A stretch of 64,000 nt of DNA, taken from the NCBI GenBank assembly GCA_035295425.1, contig DATGJB010000003.1, positions 213-64,212 on the forward strand, given 5' to 3'. Positions within the stretch are counted from its first letter, which is position 1; each line of letters opens with the position of its first letter. Of the stretch, positions 20,380-29,241 are shown in pieces. The notes beneath the pieces were generated by a model. The model worked only from the letters and a program-made list of their open reading frames with translations. It had not been told where the DNA came from and did no database searches. The position numbers and the translations under genes are program-made. The stretch is from Chloroflexota bacterium (lineage in GTDB: Bacteria; Chloroflexota; UBA5177).

Positions 20380-21449
20380 GCGTCGATAGCTTCGGCCGCT
20401 AGTGTTCTCCGCCGCTCACGCTCGACGCGGCGCCGCTCCTTCATATATCGGATGTCGGCAAGGGCACTCAGCACGAAATTGCGATCGAGCTTGTAGTAGA
20501 AGGACGGGTGAATGTAGCAGAGGTTGGAGCAGTCGTCACAGAACTTGAAGCGGCCCGCCTTCTCCTGCATACCCTTCCATCGATCGGATTTCACGAAGTC
20601 GACGAAGTTCCAGTCGAACTTAATACGCTGGGCGATCTTGTGGTAACAGGGATACAACACGTACCCATCCGGCGAGATCGCGATCACCGCATTCGACGCG
20701 CGGCAGACTCGCTGCTCGATCTGGTTTCCGCCACCGGCCGACACGTGCGTCTCGGCCCAATTCACGTACACGTTGTGCTCGCGGGCAATCGCATTCGCCT
20801 TGGCAAGGTGCTCGCGCGCCACTCCGTCGTTTCCGAAGTACTCCCACTCGGGCTGGACCTTCAGAATGGCCTGCTTACGCCGGCACAGCTCGATCATTCC
20901 CGGCAGCAAGTCCGCGTTGTCGTTGGTCAGGACGAAGATGATCTGATAGGGCTCTCCCAGCCGGCGCGCGATATCGAGACTTTGAATTACATAATCGTAC
21001 GAATTGTCGCGGCGTAGCGTGTTGTGTGGCTCGGCCTCGGGAGAGCACAGAGAGAAGTTCAGGATGTCGACGAGCCCTCGAAGGTCTTCGGCCCGGCGGG
21101 GGTAGAGCGTGCAGTTCGTCGTCATCTGCGTGCGGAATCCGCGCTTCTTCGCTTCCCGAAGCAAGAACCCGATGTCTTTACGGAGAAGCGGCTCCCCGCC
21201 GGTGAAGTCGATCAATCGGACGCCCAGGGTTTTGAGAATGTCGAAGTGCTCGAGAGTCTCTTCCGTGGACGAATACTTTGATACCGGCAACACATCCATC
21301 GGTCCGTCTGGGATGTTGCAGAAGACGCAGCGCGCGTTGCACTTGTACGTCACGTAGTAATAGGCCATGACCGGCTTGCCGAGCAGTGGCCCAAGCACGA
21401 GGTCGGCCATGGCGGGCGCGCGGGATGGAAGGACAGACTGCAAGTTCAA
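20376..21449 (-). CDS. radical SAM enzyme with Cys-rich C-terminal (SPASM/twitch-like) region, function unknown
   Basis: CNARCVFC (CxxxCxxC) about 25 aa from the N-terminus; GGEPLL glycine-rich SAM motif. C-terminal additional cysteines (CRASNAVIAISPDGYVLYPC, FCDDCSNLC). No B12-binding domain. Confidence 0.8.
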   Translation of the reverse strand: MNLQSVLPSRAPAMADLVLGPLLGKPVMAYYYVTYKCNARCVFCNIPDGPMDVLPVSKYSSTEETLEHFDILKTLGVRLIDFTGGEPLLRKDIGFLLREAKKRGFRTQMTTNCTLYPRRAEDLRGLVDILNFSLCSPEAEPHNTLRRDNSYDYVIQSLDIARRLGEPYQIIFVLTNDNADLLPGMIELCRRKQAILKVQPEWEYFGNDGVAREHLAKANAIAREHNVYVNWAETHVSAGGGNQIEQRVCRASNAVIAISPDGYVLYPCYHKIAQRIKFDWNFVDFVKSDRWKGMQEKAGRFKFCDDCSNLCYIHPSFYYKLDRNFVLSALADIRYMKERRRVERERRRTLAAEAIDA

Positions 21450-21513
21450 CTATCTCGCCTCCAGCTCGGCGTCAGGGAGCGTCAATCGTCAACGACTACC
21501 CGGTCACACAAAG

Positions 21514-21548
21514 TATACCGTGGGACGGTTCGGGGCTGTAGGTGTCCC
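21514..21548. repeat. perfect 12-bp inverted repeat / hairpin (GGACGGTTCGGG-N11-CCCGAACCGTCC) in the divergent intergenic region
   Basis: Read directly: 21514-21525 is the exact reverse complement of 21537-21548, with loop GCTGTAGGTGT. Sits between the radical SAM start (21449, minus) and the IMPase-family gene (plus). Confidence 0.5.
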
Positions 21549-21647
21549 GAACCGTCCAGCGTCAAGGGGACTGCGTACGACCTGGTGTGTCGCGTTCCCG
21601 GTCTGAGCGCTGGGCTCCCGGTCTCGACGGACGGGCGGCCACCGCCA

Positions 21648-22484
21648 ATGGGTGATACTGATACGACCGGCGGAGCGCCGGTGGGGAGTGTCCACGTGGC
21701 GGATTCCAATACGGTTCGAGCGGCGGTCGAAATCTCGGAGGAAGCCGGCCGGATTCTTTCCGGGTACTTTCGCCGCGGGCATGTGGCGACTCGGTCGAAG
21801 GGTGATCGGGATGTAGTCACCGAGGCGGATACGGCAAGCGAGCGCTACCTCCTGTCCGAGCTGCGCGGGCGGTTTCCCCGCGACGGAGTAGTGGCGGAGG
21901 AAGGCGGGCGAGTGCCAAGCACGAACGGTTGCTGCTGGTACGTCGATCCTCTGGACGGAACGATGAACTTTGCCCGTGGCATCCCGATCTGGTGCGTGAG
22001 CGTGGGACGCCTGAACCACGAGCAACCGGACCTCGGCGTGATTCACGACCCGACGCGCGGGGAGACGTTCGCGGCGGAGCGAGGCACCGGATCACGGTGC
22101 AATGGTCGACCGATGCGCTGCTCCGAGGCGGAAGACATTCGCGACGCGTTCGTGCACGTCACCGTCGACTTCGAAACACCTAGCATGGCTGCCGGCCTCG
22201 ACGACCTGCGCTCCATCGCTCCCAGAGCCCTTCGCACGCGGAACCTCGGATCGGCGGCGCTGGCACTCGCGTATGTGGCCGCGGGCCGGTTCGAGGCGAT
22301 GCTTCATCGTTCGGCCAACGCCTGGGACTACGCTGCCGGTGTTGCGCTCACTCTCGAGAGCGGCGGTGTTGTAACCGACTTCCATGGGAAGCCGTACACT
22401 AGCGCCACAACTGCCGTGGTTGCGGCATGTTCAGAGCGTCTTCACGGCCAGCTACTCGCCTGCCTTGGGCGGGCAGCCGGATAG
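21648..22484 (+). CDS. inositol monophosphatase family protein (SuhB/ImpA-like)
   Basis: ORF 21585..22484. Motifs DVVTEADTASE, WYVDPLDGTMNFARGIP, and GSAALALAYVAAGR match IMPase metal-binding and substrate motifs. Start at ATG 21648 assumed. Confidence 0.7.
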   Translation: MGDTDTTGGAPVGSVHVADSNTVRAAVEISEEAGRILSGYFRRGHVATRSKGDRDVVTEADTASERYLLSELRGRFPRDGVVAEEGGRVPSTNGCCWYVDPLDGTMNFARGIPIWCVSVGRLNHEQPDLGVIHDPTRGETFAAERGTGSRCNGRPMRCSEAEDIRDAFVHVTVDFETPSMAAGLDDLRSIAPRALRTRNLGSAALALAYVAAGRFEAMLHRSANAWDYAAGVALTLESGGVVTDFHGKPYTSATTAVVAACSERLHGQLLACLGRAAG

Positions 22485-22569
22485 AATGGCCGGGATTCAG
22501 CTTCCAGGGCCCCGCTTACAGGATTTGGCTCGGCCGGCCACCGAGCGGTGAGACGCAGCGGAGTACGGA

Positions 22570-24594
22570 TTGGAGAAGATCGTGCGCGCCCTCCTGCGTA
22601 CACGCGTGCGCAGGGTTCTTTTCGCCATGTTCGTGCTGTTGCTCGCCTGCGCGCTCTGGCTCGGCTGGTCCGCGTACCAGGTGTACGAAGGTATCAATCG
22701 AATCACGAGCGTGGCAATCCCCCGGCAGACAGTCGAGCCGAAGATCGTGATTCCGCCTATCAACGGCAATCAGCGGATCAATATTCTTGTCCTCGGGAGC
22801 GATAACGATCGTAAGAAGGAAGAATCACGGCCGCTGACGCAGAGCATCATCGTCGTAACGATCGATCCGAAACATGCCAGGGTTGGACTGCTTTCGATAC
22901 CGCGGGACCTCTGGGTCCCGATTCACGGATTCCCGAGCGCCAAGATCGATGTGGCCGCCAAGGACGGCGGTTTCGGCCTGACCCGGGCTACCGTGGAGTC
23001 GCTTTTCCACATCCCCATCGACTACTACGCATGGGTAGGACTCGCGGGCTTCCAGCGGGTGATCGATACGTTCGGCGGTCTAACCCTGGACATCTCGCAC
23101 CCGATCATTGACGACTACTATCCCAATGACATCACGAGCTCGGACCCGTACGGGTACACCCGTCTGTTCATGCCGCCCGGCTGGCGGTACGTCTCGGGAC
23201 GTCAGGCACTCGATTACGTTCGTTCCCGCCACGGCGACCTGGTGGGAGATTTCGGTCGGTCGGCACGCCAGCAACAAATCCTCGTCGGACTGCGGCAAAA
23301 ACTGACGACCATGAACATCTTCTGGAACCTGCCGACGCTCGTCGGCGAGCTGCAGAACAGCGTTCAGACCGACCTCGGTATCACGCAGCTGTATCAGCTG
23401 TACGAGCTCTCGCATCGGATTCAATCCGCCAACATCCAGCGTGTCATCCTCCAGGCTCCCACCTACTGCACCGAGCAGATCGTCGACGGGCAGGACGCGC
23501 TTGTGCCGAACTGGGCGGCGATCCGGCCGGTCGTGGCGCGGCTGTTCGCGCCGATCGATTCCTCGGCCAGTGCCCCGGCAAAGGTACAGCCACCTCCGCC
23601 GGTCAGGGCGGCTCCGACCGCGATCACGCGGTCATCGGTGCTGCCGTCGACGCCGGTCCCGGCGCATTCCGGCGGCGGAGATGTCGCGGGAGACTGGCAG
23701 GGCAGCCTGCCGGCCCGCCTGCTCTACATAGGCAACGGCCAGGTGGCCGAGATGTCTCGCTCGGGGCAATTTCATCCACTTACCGGCGGTGGGAACGCCA
23801 TGCCGTCGATGTCGCCGAACGGCCGGTACATCGCGTACGTCCACTATTCAACCGCATACGCCTCAGATCTCTTCATTCACGACCAATTGCGAGGTACCGA
23901 TATTCAGGTGACGCATGACGAGAGCTCGAATGTGCACAACAACCTGTGGGTGGCGTGGCCACAATGGTCGCCTGACGGGAAGCAGCTCTTGTTTTCAACC
24001 GATCGGGCCAAGCTCTCGGCTGCGCCGTCCGAGATCAGGCCGGTCGACATGACGGTCTGGTCGCTGTCGTGGCCGGGCGGCAATCCCACTGAGGTGACGC
24101 CGGTTCGCGCCTACACCGGCGGAGACACCGATCCCCAGTGGCGCCCGCACACGCACCAGATCATGTACGTCGCTTGGGACTACGATCACGGCACGCTCAA
24201 CCCGTACTCGCGCCTGGCTGTCTATAGTCCGACAACTGGCCGGTCCACGTTTCTGACCGTGGCCGGGCAACGCGTGCTGCAGGCTCAGCTGGATTCGACT
24301 GGCGACCGCGTCGTCTTTATTCGCTCTTCCGGCGTGGGCGCCGCGGCCGAGGTGGATGTTGCACCGATTGCCGGTGGGTCTCATTGGCCCCACCTCGGCC
24401 CGATCACAACCCTCGCCAGCGGGGAGGTGGCGCAACCGGCCTTTACTCCTGACGGTCGTTGGGTATCTTTTCTTCGCCAGTCCGGAAGCGGTTTCTCGCT
24501 CTACATGGTCCCCAGCTCAGGTGGCCCGATCCGGCGCATCTCCCAGGTCGGCTCAAACCTGGATGCGACGTCTCGGCCAGTCTGGATTCGCTGA
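22570..24594 (+). CDS. LytR-CpsA-Psr (LCP) family protein fused to a C-terminal TolB-like beta-propeller domain
   Basis: TTG start. N-terminal TM segment (VLFAMFVLLLACALWLGWSAY). LCP core (INILVLGSDND...SIIVVTIDPKHARVGLLSIPRDLWVPI...ALDYVRSRH). Pro-rich linker. C-terminal repeats typical of TolB/WD40-like propellers (PNGRYIAYVHY, WSPDGKQLLFST, FTPDGRWVSFLR). Confidence 0.75.
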   Translation: MEKIVRALLRTRVRRVLFAMFVLLLACALWLGWSAYQVYEGINRITSVAIPRQTVEPKIVIPPINGNQRINILVLGSDNDRKKEESRPLTQSIIVVTIDPKHARVGLLSIPRDLWVPIHGFPSAKIDVAAKDGGFGLTRATVESLFHIPIDYYAWVGLAGFQRVIDTFGGLTLDISHPIIDDYYPNDITSSDPYGYTRLFMPPGWRYVSGRQALDYVRSRHGDLVGDFGRSARQQQILVGLRQKLTTMNIFWNLPTLVGELQNSVQTDLGITQLYQLYELSHRIQSANIQRVILQAPTYCTEQIVDGQDALVPNWAAIRPVVARLFAPIDSSASAPAKVQPPPPVRAAPTAITRSSVLPSTPVPAHSGGGDVAGDWQGSLPARLLYIGNGQVAEMSRSGQFHPLTGGGNAMPSMSPNGRYIAYVHYSTAYASDLFIHDQLRGTDIQVTHDESSNVHNNLWVAWPQWSPDGKQLLFSTDRAKLSAAPSEIRPVDMTVWSLSWPGGNPTEVTPVRAYTGGDTDPQWRPHTHQIMYVAWDYDHGTLNPYSRLAVYSPTTGRSTFLTVAGQRVLQAQLDSTGDRVVFIRSSGVGAAAEVDVAPIAGGSHWPHLGPITTLASGEVAQPAFTPDGRWVSFLRQSGSGFSLYMVPSSGGPIRRISQVGSNLDATSRPVWIR

Positions 24595-24644
24595 GCGCAC
24601 GGAAAGGAGTCTGCGTTCCGGCTTGGTTTAGCGACAAGCAGCGT

Positions 24645-25172
24645 TCAGTCTCTCGGGAACTCCTCTGCCAGGACGCTCATGACCACCCCATTGACCCACT
24701 TTCCATTGAAAAAGGCCCAGTCGCGCAGTATGCCCTCGGCCTTAAAGCCGTTCTTCGCGTACGAGCGCTGCGCGCGTGCGTTCGTCTCGTGGACTGTCAG
24801 CGCCACGCGATGGAGGCCCATTTGATCGAAGAGGTGGGTCAGCAACGCGCGCATCGCGTCGGTCCCGTACCCGCCGCCCCAGAAGTCAGGGTCGCCGATG
24901 AGGATCGAAACCCAGGCGCTGCGAGCCTGCCAGTCAAGGTCGTAGTAGTCGATCTGGCCGATGGGCCGGCCCTCAGGTGTCTGGATGATGTATTTGCGCG
25001 ACGTCCCGCGGGCCGCGTTCCGAACCTCATCGGCGGCCACCTCTTCTGGGGCCACGGTGTTCCCTGGTCTGCCCCAGTACAGCATCACACCGGCATCGTT
25101 CAGCCAGCGAGCGAGCACCGGAAAGTCTCCGGTCTCGAGGGCACGCAGCTCGACGAGTTTTCCACACAGCAT
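24645..25172 (-). CDS. GNAT family N-acetyltransferase
   Basis: ORF 24645..25256. GNAT motif A region (HRVALTVHETNARAQRSYAKNGFKAEG). Start taken at the internal ATG (MLCGKLVELRAL...). Confidence 0.65.
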   Translation of the reverse strand: MLCGKLVELRALETGDFPVLARWLNDAGVMLYWGRPGNTVAPEEVAADEVRNAARGTSRKYIIQTPEGRPIGQIDYYDLDWQARSAWVSILIGDPDFWGGGYGTDAMRALLTHLFDQMGLHRVALTVHETNARAQRSYAKNGFKAEGILRDWAFFNGKWVNGVVMSVLAEEFPRD

Positions 25173-25277
25173 CCGACCAACCGAGCCAGTACGCGTTCGA
25201 CGTTCGCGAGATTGTACAGCCGCCAAGCGGCCCGCGCGTAAATGGCCGGCGGGCACGGCGCGGCACTACACTGTCCG

Positions 25278-26075
25278 GTGACCACGCGCCCCATCATCAC
25301 GTTCACCACGGATTTCGGAACGACCGATACATACGTTGCCGAGATGAAAGGCGTGATTCTGGGGATAACGCCCGATGTCACGCTGGTCGACATCTCGCAC
25401 GACGTATGGCCCCAAAACATCGGCCAGGGCGCGTTCTTGCTGCGCCGCGCCTTCAATCACTTCCCGGCGGGCACGGTTCACATCGCCGTGGTTGACCCCG
25501 GAGTCGGCACGGACCGCAGGCCGATCGCGGTGCGAGCAGGATCGTGGCTCTTCGTCGCTCCGGACAACGGCGTGCTCGCGCCGTCGCTGCTGGCGCTCGA
25601 TCTTCTGGACTCGTCCGGGCGGCTGCACGGTGCCGAGGGCGTGGTGCTGGCGAATCCAGCCTACCGAAGAAACCAGGTCAGTGGGACCTTCCATGGCCGC
25701 GATATCTTCGCTCCGGCCGCCGCCTATCTGGCTTCCGGCGTGCCGCTGACAGAGCTCGGACCGACAATTGCATCCGTTCTCACCACGGCGCTGCCGGAAG
25801 TTGTCGGGGTCGGCGTGCGAGTGCAGGGCCGGGTCCTCCACGTCGACCACTTCGGCAACGCGATTACCAATCTGTCGCTCTCCGACGTGCCCGCCAATCC
25901 GGTCTTCCTGGTTGGGCGGCTTCGACTGCACGGCATCTCGTCCTCGTACCAGGAGGCGGACTTCGCCGTGCTCGTGGGAAGCAGCGGGCAGCTCGAAGTC
26001 GCCGCTCGCAACGGGAGCGCAGCACGCGAGCTCGGATTGAGCGTGGGAGATTCCATCGAGGTTCTTCCATCGTGA
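25278..26075 (+). CDS. SAM hydroxide adenosyltransferase family protein (DUF62; fluorinase/chlorinase-like fold)
   Basis: PIITFTTDFGTTDTYVAEMKGVILG...LVDISHD...IAVVDPGVGT... is the characteristic N-terminus of DUF62 SAM hydrolases. GTG start proposed at 25278 (ORF track 25242..26075). Confidence 0.7.
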   Translation: MTTRPIITFTTDFGTTDTYVAEMKGVILGITPDVTLVDISHDVWPQNIGQGAFLLRRAFNHFPAGTVHIAVVDPGVGTDRRPIAVRAGSWLFVAPDNGVLAPSLLALDLLDSSGRLHGAEGVVLANPAYRRNQVSGTFHGRDIFAPAAAYLASGVPLTELGPTIASVLTTALPEVVGVGVRVQGRVLHVDHFGNAITNLSLSDVPANPVFLVGRLRLHGISSSYQEADFAVLVGSSGQLEVAARNGSAARELGLSVGDSIEVLPS

Positions 26076-26632
26076 TCCGGTTCGCGGCGGCGCTCCTGGT
26101 GTCGATCGGCCTGACCGCATGTTCGTCAACTCCTCCGGACCCGTCGACACTGCAGCGCTTCCAGCGCACCGCTCCCGAGCTTCAAAAGGCGACGCTCGCG
26201 GCACGCGCCGTCGCCGTCACCGCTCGCGCGGCTGCAGATGCGGTGAGCCGAGGTGATGTGAACCGGGCGCGACGCGGCGCTCAGCGGCTTGCCCGTGATG
26301 CCGCCGCTCTTCGGAGCTCGGCAGGCCGAGCGCTTCGTGTGCTGGCCCCCATCCTTCGCGCTGCCCCAAGTCGACTCGTCGCAGCCTACTTTCGGGCGCT
26401 ATCGCGTGCACTGTCCGCCCAGTCACGAGAGGGCGCGGTTGTGGGCCAGGAGGCGGCGCTTCTGTATGCGGACCCGCTCCTGATGCGTGGCGCAGATGTC
26501 GCGCGTCAGGGGACGCTGGACCGCGCCGCGCGGCGTGAGGCTCAGGCGTCAGTCCGAATGGCGTCCATTGCCGCGCGGATCCGCAAGACTCACCCGGGGG
26601 CCTTCCATTACACTCCAGTGATCCGCGGATAG
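26072..26632 (+). CDS. small lipoprotein, unknown function
   Basis: GTG at 26072 overlaps the TGA of the preceding gene. Lipobox LLVSIGLTAC followed by an Ala/Arg-rich helical region. Confidence 0.5.
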   Translation: MIRFAAALLVSIGLTACSSTPPDPSTLQRFQRTAPELQKATLAARAVAVTARAAADAVSRGDVNRARRGAQRLARDAAALRSSAGRALRVLAPILRAAPSRLVAAYFRALSRALSAQSREGAVVGQEAALLYADPLLMRGADVARQGTLDRAARREAQASVRMASIAARIRKTHPGAFHYTPVIRG

Positions 26633-26678
26633 GCTCCTGTCTTTCGGCGGGTAACAGACTGCCGGGAGGAGATGCGCC

Positions 26679-27737
26679 GTGCAAGTACGGATCGCCGTGA
26701 GCGGCTTCGGTAATGTCGGTCAGGGCATGGCGACGCTGGTCCGGGACCATGCCGCCGACTATCGTCGGCTCTACGGACTGGACCTGTCGCTCGTCGGCGT
26801 GGCCGACCGCGGCGGAGCCGTGGCCAGCGCCGGCGGTCTGGACCCAGGTGCCCTATTGCGGGCCAAGGCGACTCACGGTACGGTGGCCGCGAGCACCGGC
26901 GGAGTGACCGAGCTCGCCGGGGAACGGTTCCTCGATCTTGCCGCGGCAGACGTCCTGGTTGAGGCGGCCAGCACCAATTACGTGGATGGCGAGCCCGGGT
27001 GGGGATATGTGCGGGCAGCCATGGACCGGGCAATGCATGCCGTGCTGGCCAGTAAGGGCGCCCTGGCACTTTACTGGCGCGAGCTCATGGCGCGCGCCGC
27101 CAAATGCGGCGTGGAGGTTCGGTATGGCGCGACTATCGGCGCTCCGCTCCCGTCGCTGGAAATTGCGCGGCGCGGCCTGGTGGGGGTGGACATTCTGGGT
27201 TTCGATGGAATCTTGAATGCGACGAGTCACCAGGTACTCAGCACGATGGCGGAGGGCAAGTCGTACGACGAGGGGATCCGGGAAGCGCAGGCAATCGGGA
27301 TAGCCGAAGCGGACCCAACTCTGGATGTCGACGGCTGGGATGCGGCCGCCAAGGCGACAATCGTCGCCAATGCCGTACTCGGGTCTCAGTTAACAATTCA
27401 CGACGTGCGGCGCGAGGGGATACGAGGTGTCACGACCGCGGAGATCCGGGAGGCTCAAACGAGTGGGCAGACGATCAAACTGGTTGCTAGCGCTCGTCGG
27501 GTTGCCGACGCCGTTCAGGCGGAGGTGCGGCCCGAGCGGCGAGGCATGCGGGATGCCCTTGGGCGGTTACGGGGCGACGACATGGGAATCGTGTTTCTGA
27601 CGGAACCGCTCGGGCGGGTTTCCACCGCCGTCGAGTCGGCAGGAGCCGGCGGTGGCATCTCGACCGCTCTCGCGGTCTTGCGCGACATCGTCAATCTGGG
27701 GCGCGATGGGTATCTCGGTCCTCGCGATCAAGAGTAG
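26679..27737 (+). CDS. hom: homoserine dehydrogenase
   Basis: GTG start with GGGAGGA RBS. N-terminal NAD-binding fold RIAVSGFGNVGQGM. Catalytic domain motifs (GATIGAPLPSL, NATSHQVL, DPTLDVDGWDAAAKATI). Confidence 0.65.
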   Translation: MQVRIAVSGFGNVGQGMATLVRDHAADYRRLYGLDLSLVGVADRGGAVASAGGLDPGALLRAKATHGTVAASTGGVTELAGERFLDLAAADVLVEAASTNYVDGEPGWGYVRAAMDRAMHAVLASKGALALYWRELMARAAKCGVEVRYGATIGAPLPSLEIARRGLVGVDILGFDGILNATSHQVLSTMAEGKSYDEGIREAQAIGIAEADPTLDVDGWDAAAKATIVANAVLGSQLTIHDVRREGIRGVTTAEIREAQTSGQTIKLVASARRVADAVQAEVRPERRGMRDALGRLRGDDMGIVFLTEPLGRVSTAVESAGAGGGISTALAVLRDIVNLGRDGYLGPRDQE

Positions 27738-28146
27738 GGCCGCCAACCCAGACCGCACCGCCGTCGCCGTGTTCTTTCTTCCAGATGGGGACGATCTCCT
27801 TGAGACGGTCGATTGCGTACTTGCACGCCGCGAACGCTTCCGCTCGGTGTGGGCAGGAGACAGCGACAACCACCGCATCGTCGCCTACGTCAAGGCGGCC
27901 GACACGATGCTGGATCGCCATCGACTCGACCGGCCATCGCGCCCGGGCTTCAGCCACGACCTCGTGTAGCTTCTCCAGCGCCATCGGTTCGTAGGCCTCG
28001 TACTCGAGGAATCGAACTGACTTACCTTCGGAAACGTCCCTTACCGATCCCACGAACAGGGCGATTCCGCCGCACCCCGGGCGCCTGACTGCTGCAAGGC
28101 ACTCTTCGACCGAGAGTCGGTCGCCGCGCAGCTCAATCACCCGCAC
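27691..28146 (-). CDS. moaE: molybdopterin synthase catalytic subunit
   Basis: ORF 27691..28365. MoaE motifs (GGIALFVGSVRD, VRFLEYEAYEPMA, AVSCPHRAEAFAACKYAIDRLKEIVPIWKKE). Start moved to the GTG at 28144-28146, which overlaps the moaD stop. Confidence 0.75.
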   Translation of the reverse strand: MRVIELRGDRLSVEECLAAVRRPGCGGIALFVGSVRDVSEGKSVRFLEYEAYEPMALEKLHEVVAEARARWPVESMAIQHRVGRLDVGDDAVVVAVSCPHRAEAFAACKYAIDRLKEIVPIWKKEHGDGGAVWVGGPTLDREDRDTHRAPD

Positions 28147-28405
28147 CTCCGGCCACGGGCTGGAGAAAGGCGAGCTCGTCACCGTCTCGTAGGGTGGTCG
28201 AGCCTCCGACGATCTGTCGATTGACCGCGAACGTCGTGCACTGGCGAAGGGCCGCGAGCTCCGGATACTTGGACTCCAGTGAACCGAGCACGCTTTCGAC
28301 CGTAGTGCCTGCCTGAATCGCGACGCGTAACTCGCTCTGGCCGGCAATCTCGCGGAAAGATGCAAACAGCAGGACTCGTACCGTGATCGTTCCCGGAGCC
28401 GTCAC
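28133..28405 (-). CDS. moaD: MoaD/ThiS-family sulfur-carrier protein (molybdopterin synthase small subunit) with 3-residue extension after the Gly-Gly
   Basis: ORF 28133..28525. GTG at 28403-28405 forms a GTGA overlap with the stop of the upstream ABC ATPase gene. Product [22 protein letters not shown]...[17 protein letters not shown] has the beta-grasp MoaD pattern, but ends GG-AGD rather than GG. Confidence 0.7.
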   Translation of the reverse strand: MTAPGTITVRVLLFASFREIAGQSELRVAIQAGTTVESVLGSLESKYPELAALRQCTTFAVNRQIVGGSTTLRDGDELAFLQPVAGGAGD

Positions 28406-29241
28406 AATGCCCGTCCCGGTCCGCTCTGGTCGAGGCCCGAAGGCTCGCGCAGGGCCCCGAGAAAGGCGCGCGTACGATCCTGCTGCGGGCTGTCGAATAC
28501 GTCTTCCGGCGTGCCACGCTCGCATACCACCCCGGCGTCCATGAAGAGAACCTCGTCTGCTGCCTCCTTGGCAAACCCCATTTCGTGAGTGACAACCAAC
28601 ATGGTCATGCCCGAGTGGGCGAGCTCCTCCATCACCCGCAGCACCTCGCCGACCAGCTCGGGGTCGAGTGCCGATGTGGCTTCGTCAAACATCATGACTT
28701 TCGGGTCCATCGCCAGCGCGCGGGCAATCGCAACGCGCTGCTGTTGGCCGCCCGACAGCTGACTCGGGTAGTTTGTGACCTTGTCCTCCAGTCCAACCCG
28801 CGCAAGCAGATCGCGAGCCTTCTCGAGCGCTTCCTTGCGTGGAACGTGCTTGACGTGAATGGGCGCTTCCATGACGTTCTGGACAGTGGTCATATGCGGG
28901 AAGAGATTAAATCGCTGGAACACCATACCAATTTCAGCGCGCTGACGGGTCACCGCGCGGGCCGGGAGCTCGCGAAGCTTTCCGTCGGCCTCCCGATACC
29001 CGATCAGCTCGCCGTCCACGTAAATCCGCCCCGAGTCGATCTTCTCGAGGTGATTCACGCACCGCAAGAGGGTGCTCTTTCCCGAGCCGCTTGGGCCTAT
29101 GATGACGATCGTCTTTCCCTTGTCGACGGTCAGCGAGATACCCTTCAGTACCTCGAGCTGGCCGAAGCGCTTGTGGATGTCCTGAAGCTCGACCATGGGC
29201 CGGATTGGACGGCTGTCAGTCACGGCCACGCTCCCGGTCAA
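28402..29241 (-). CDS. polar amino acid ABC transporter, ATP-binding protein
   Basis: Walker [10 protein letters not shown], signature [15 protein letters not shown], Walker [12 protein letters not shown]. Confidence 0.9.
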   Translation of the reverse strand: MTGSVAVTDSRPIRPMVELQDIHKRFGQLEVLKGISLTVDKGKTIVIIGPSGSGKSTLLRCVNHLEKIDSGRIYVDGELIGYREADGKLRELPARAVTRQRAEIGMVFQRFNLFPHMTTVQNVMEAPIHVKHVPRKEALEKARDLLARVGLEDKVTNYPSQLSGGQQQRVAIARALAMDPKVMMFDEATSALDPELVGEVLRVMEELAHSGMTMLVVTHEMGFAKEAADEVLFMDAGVVCERGTPEDVFDSPQQDRTRAFLGALREPSGLDQSGPGRAL

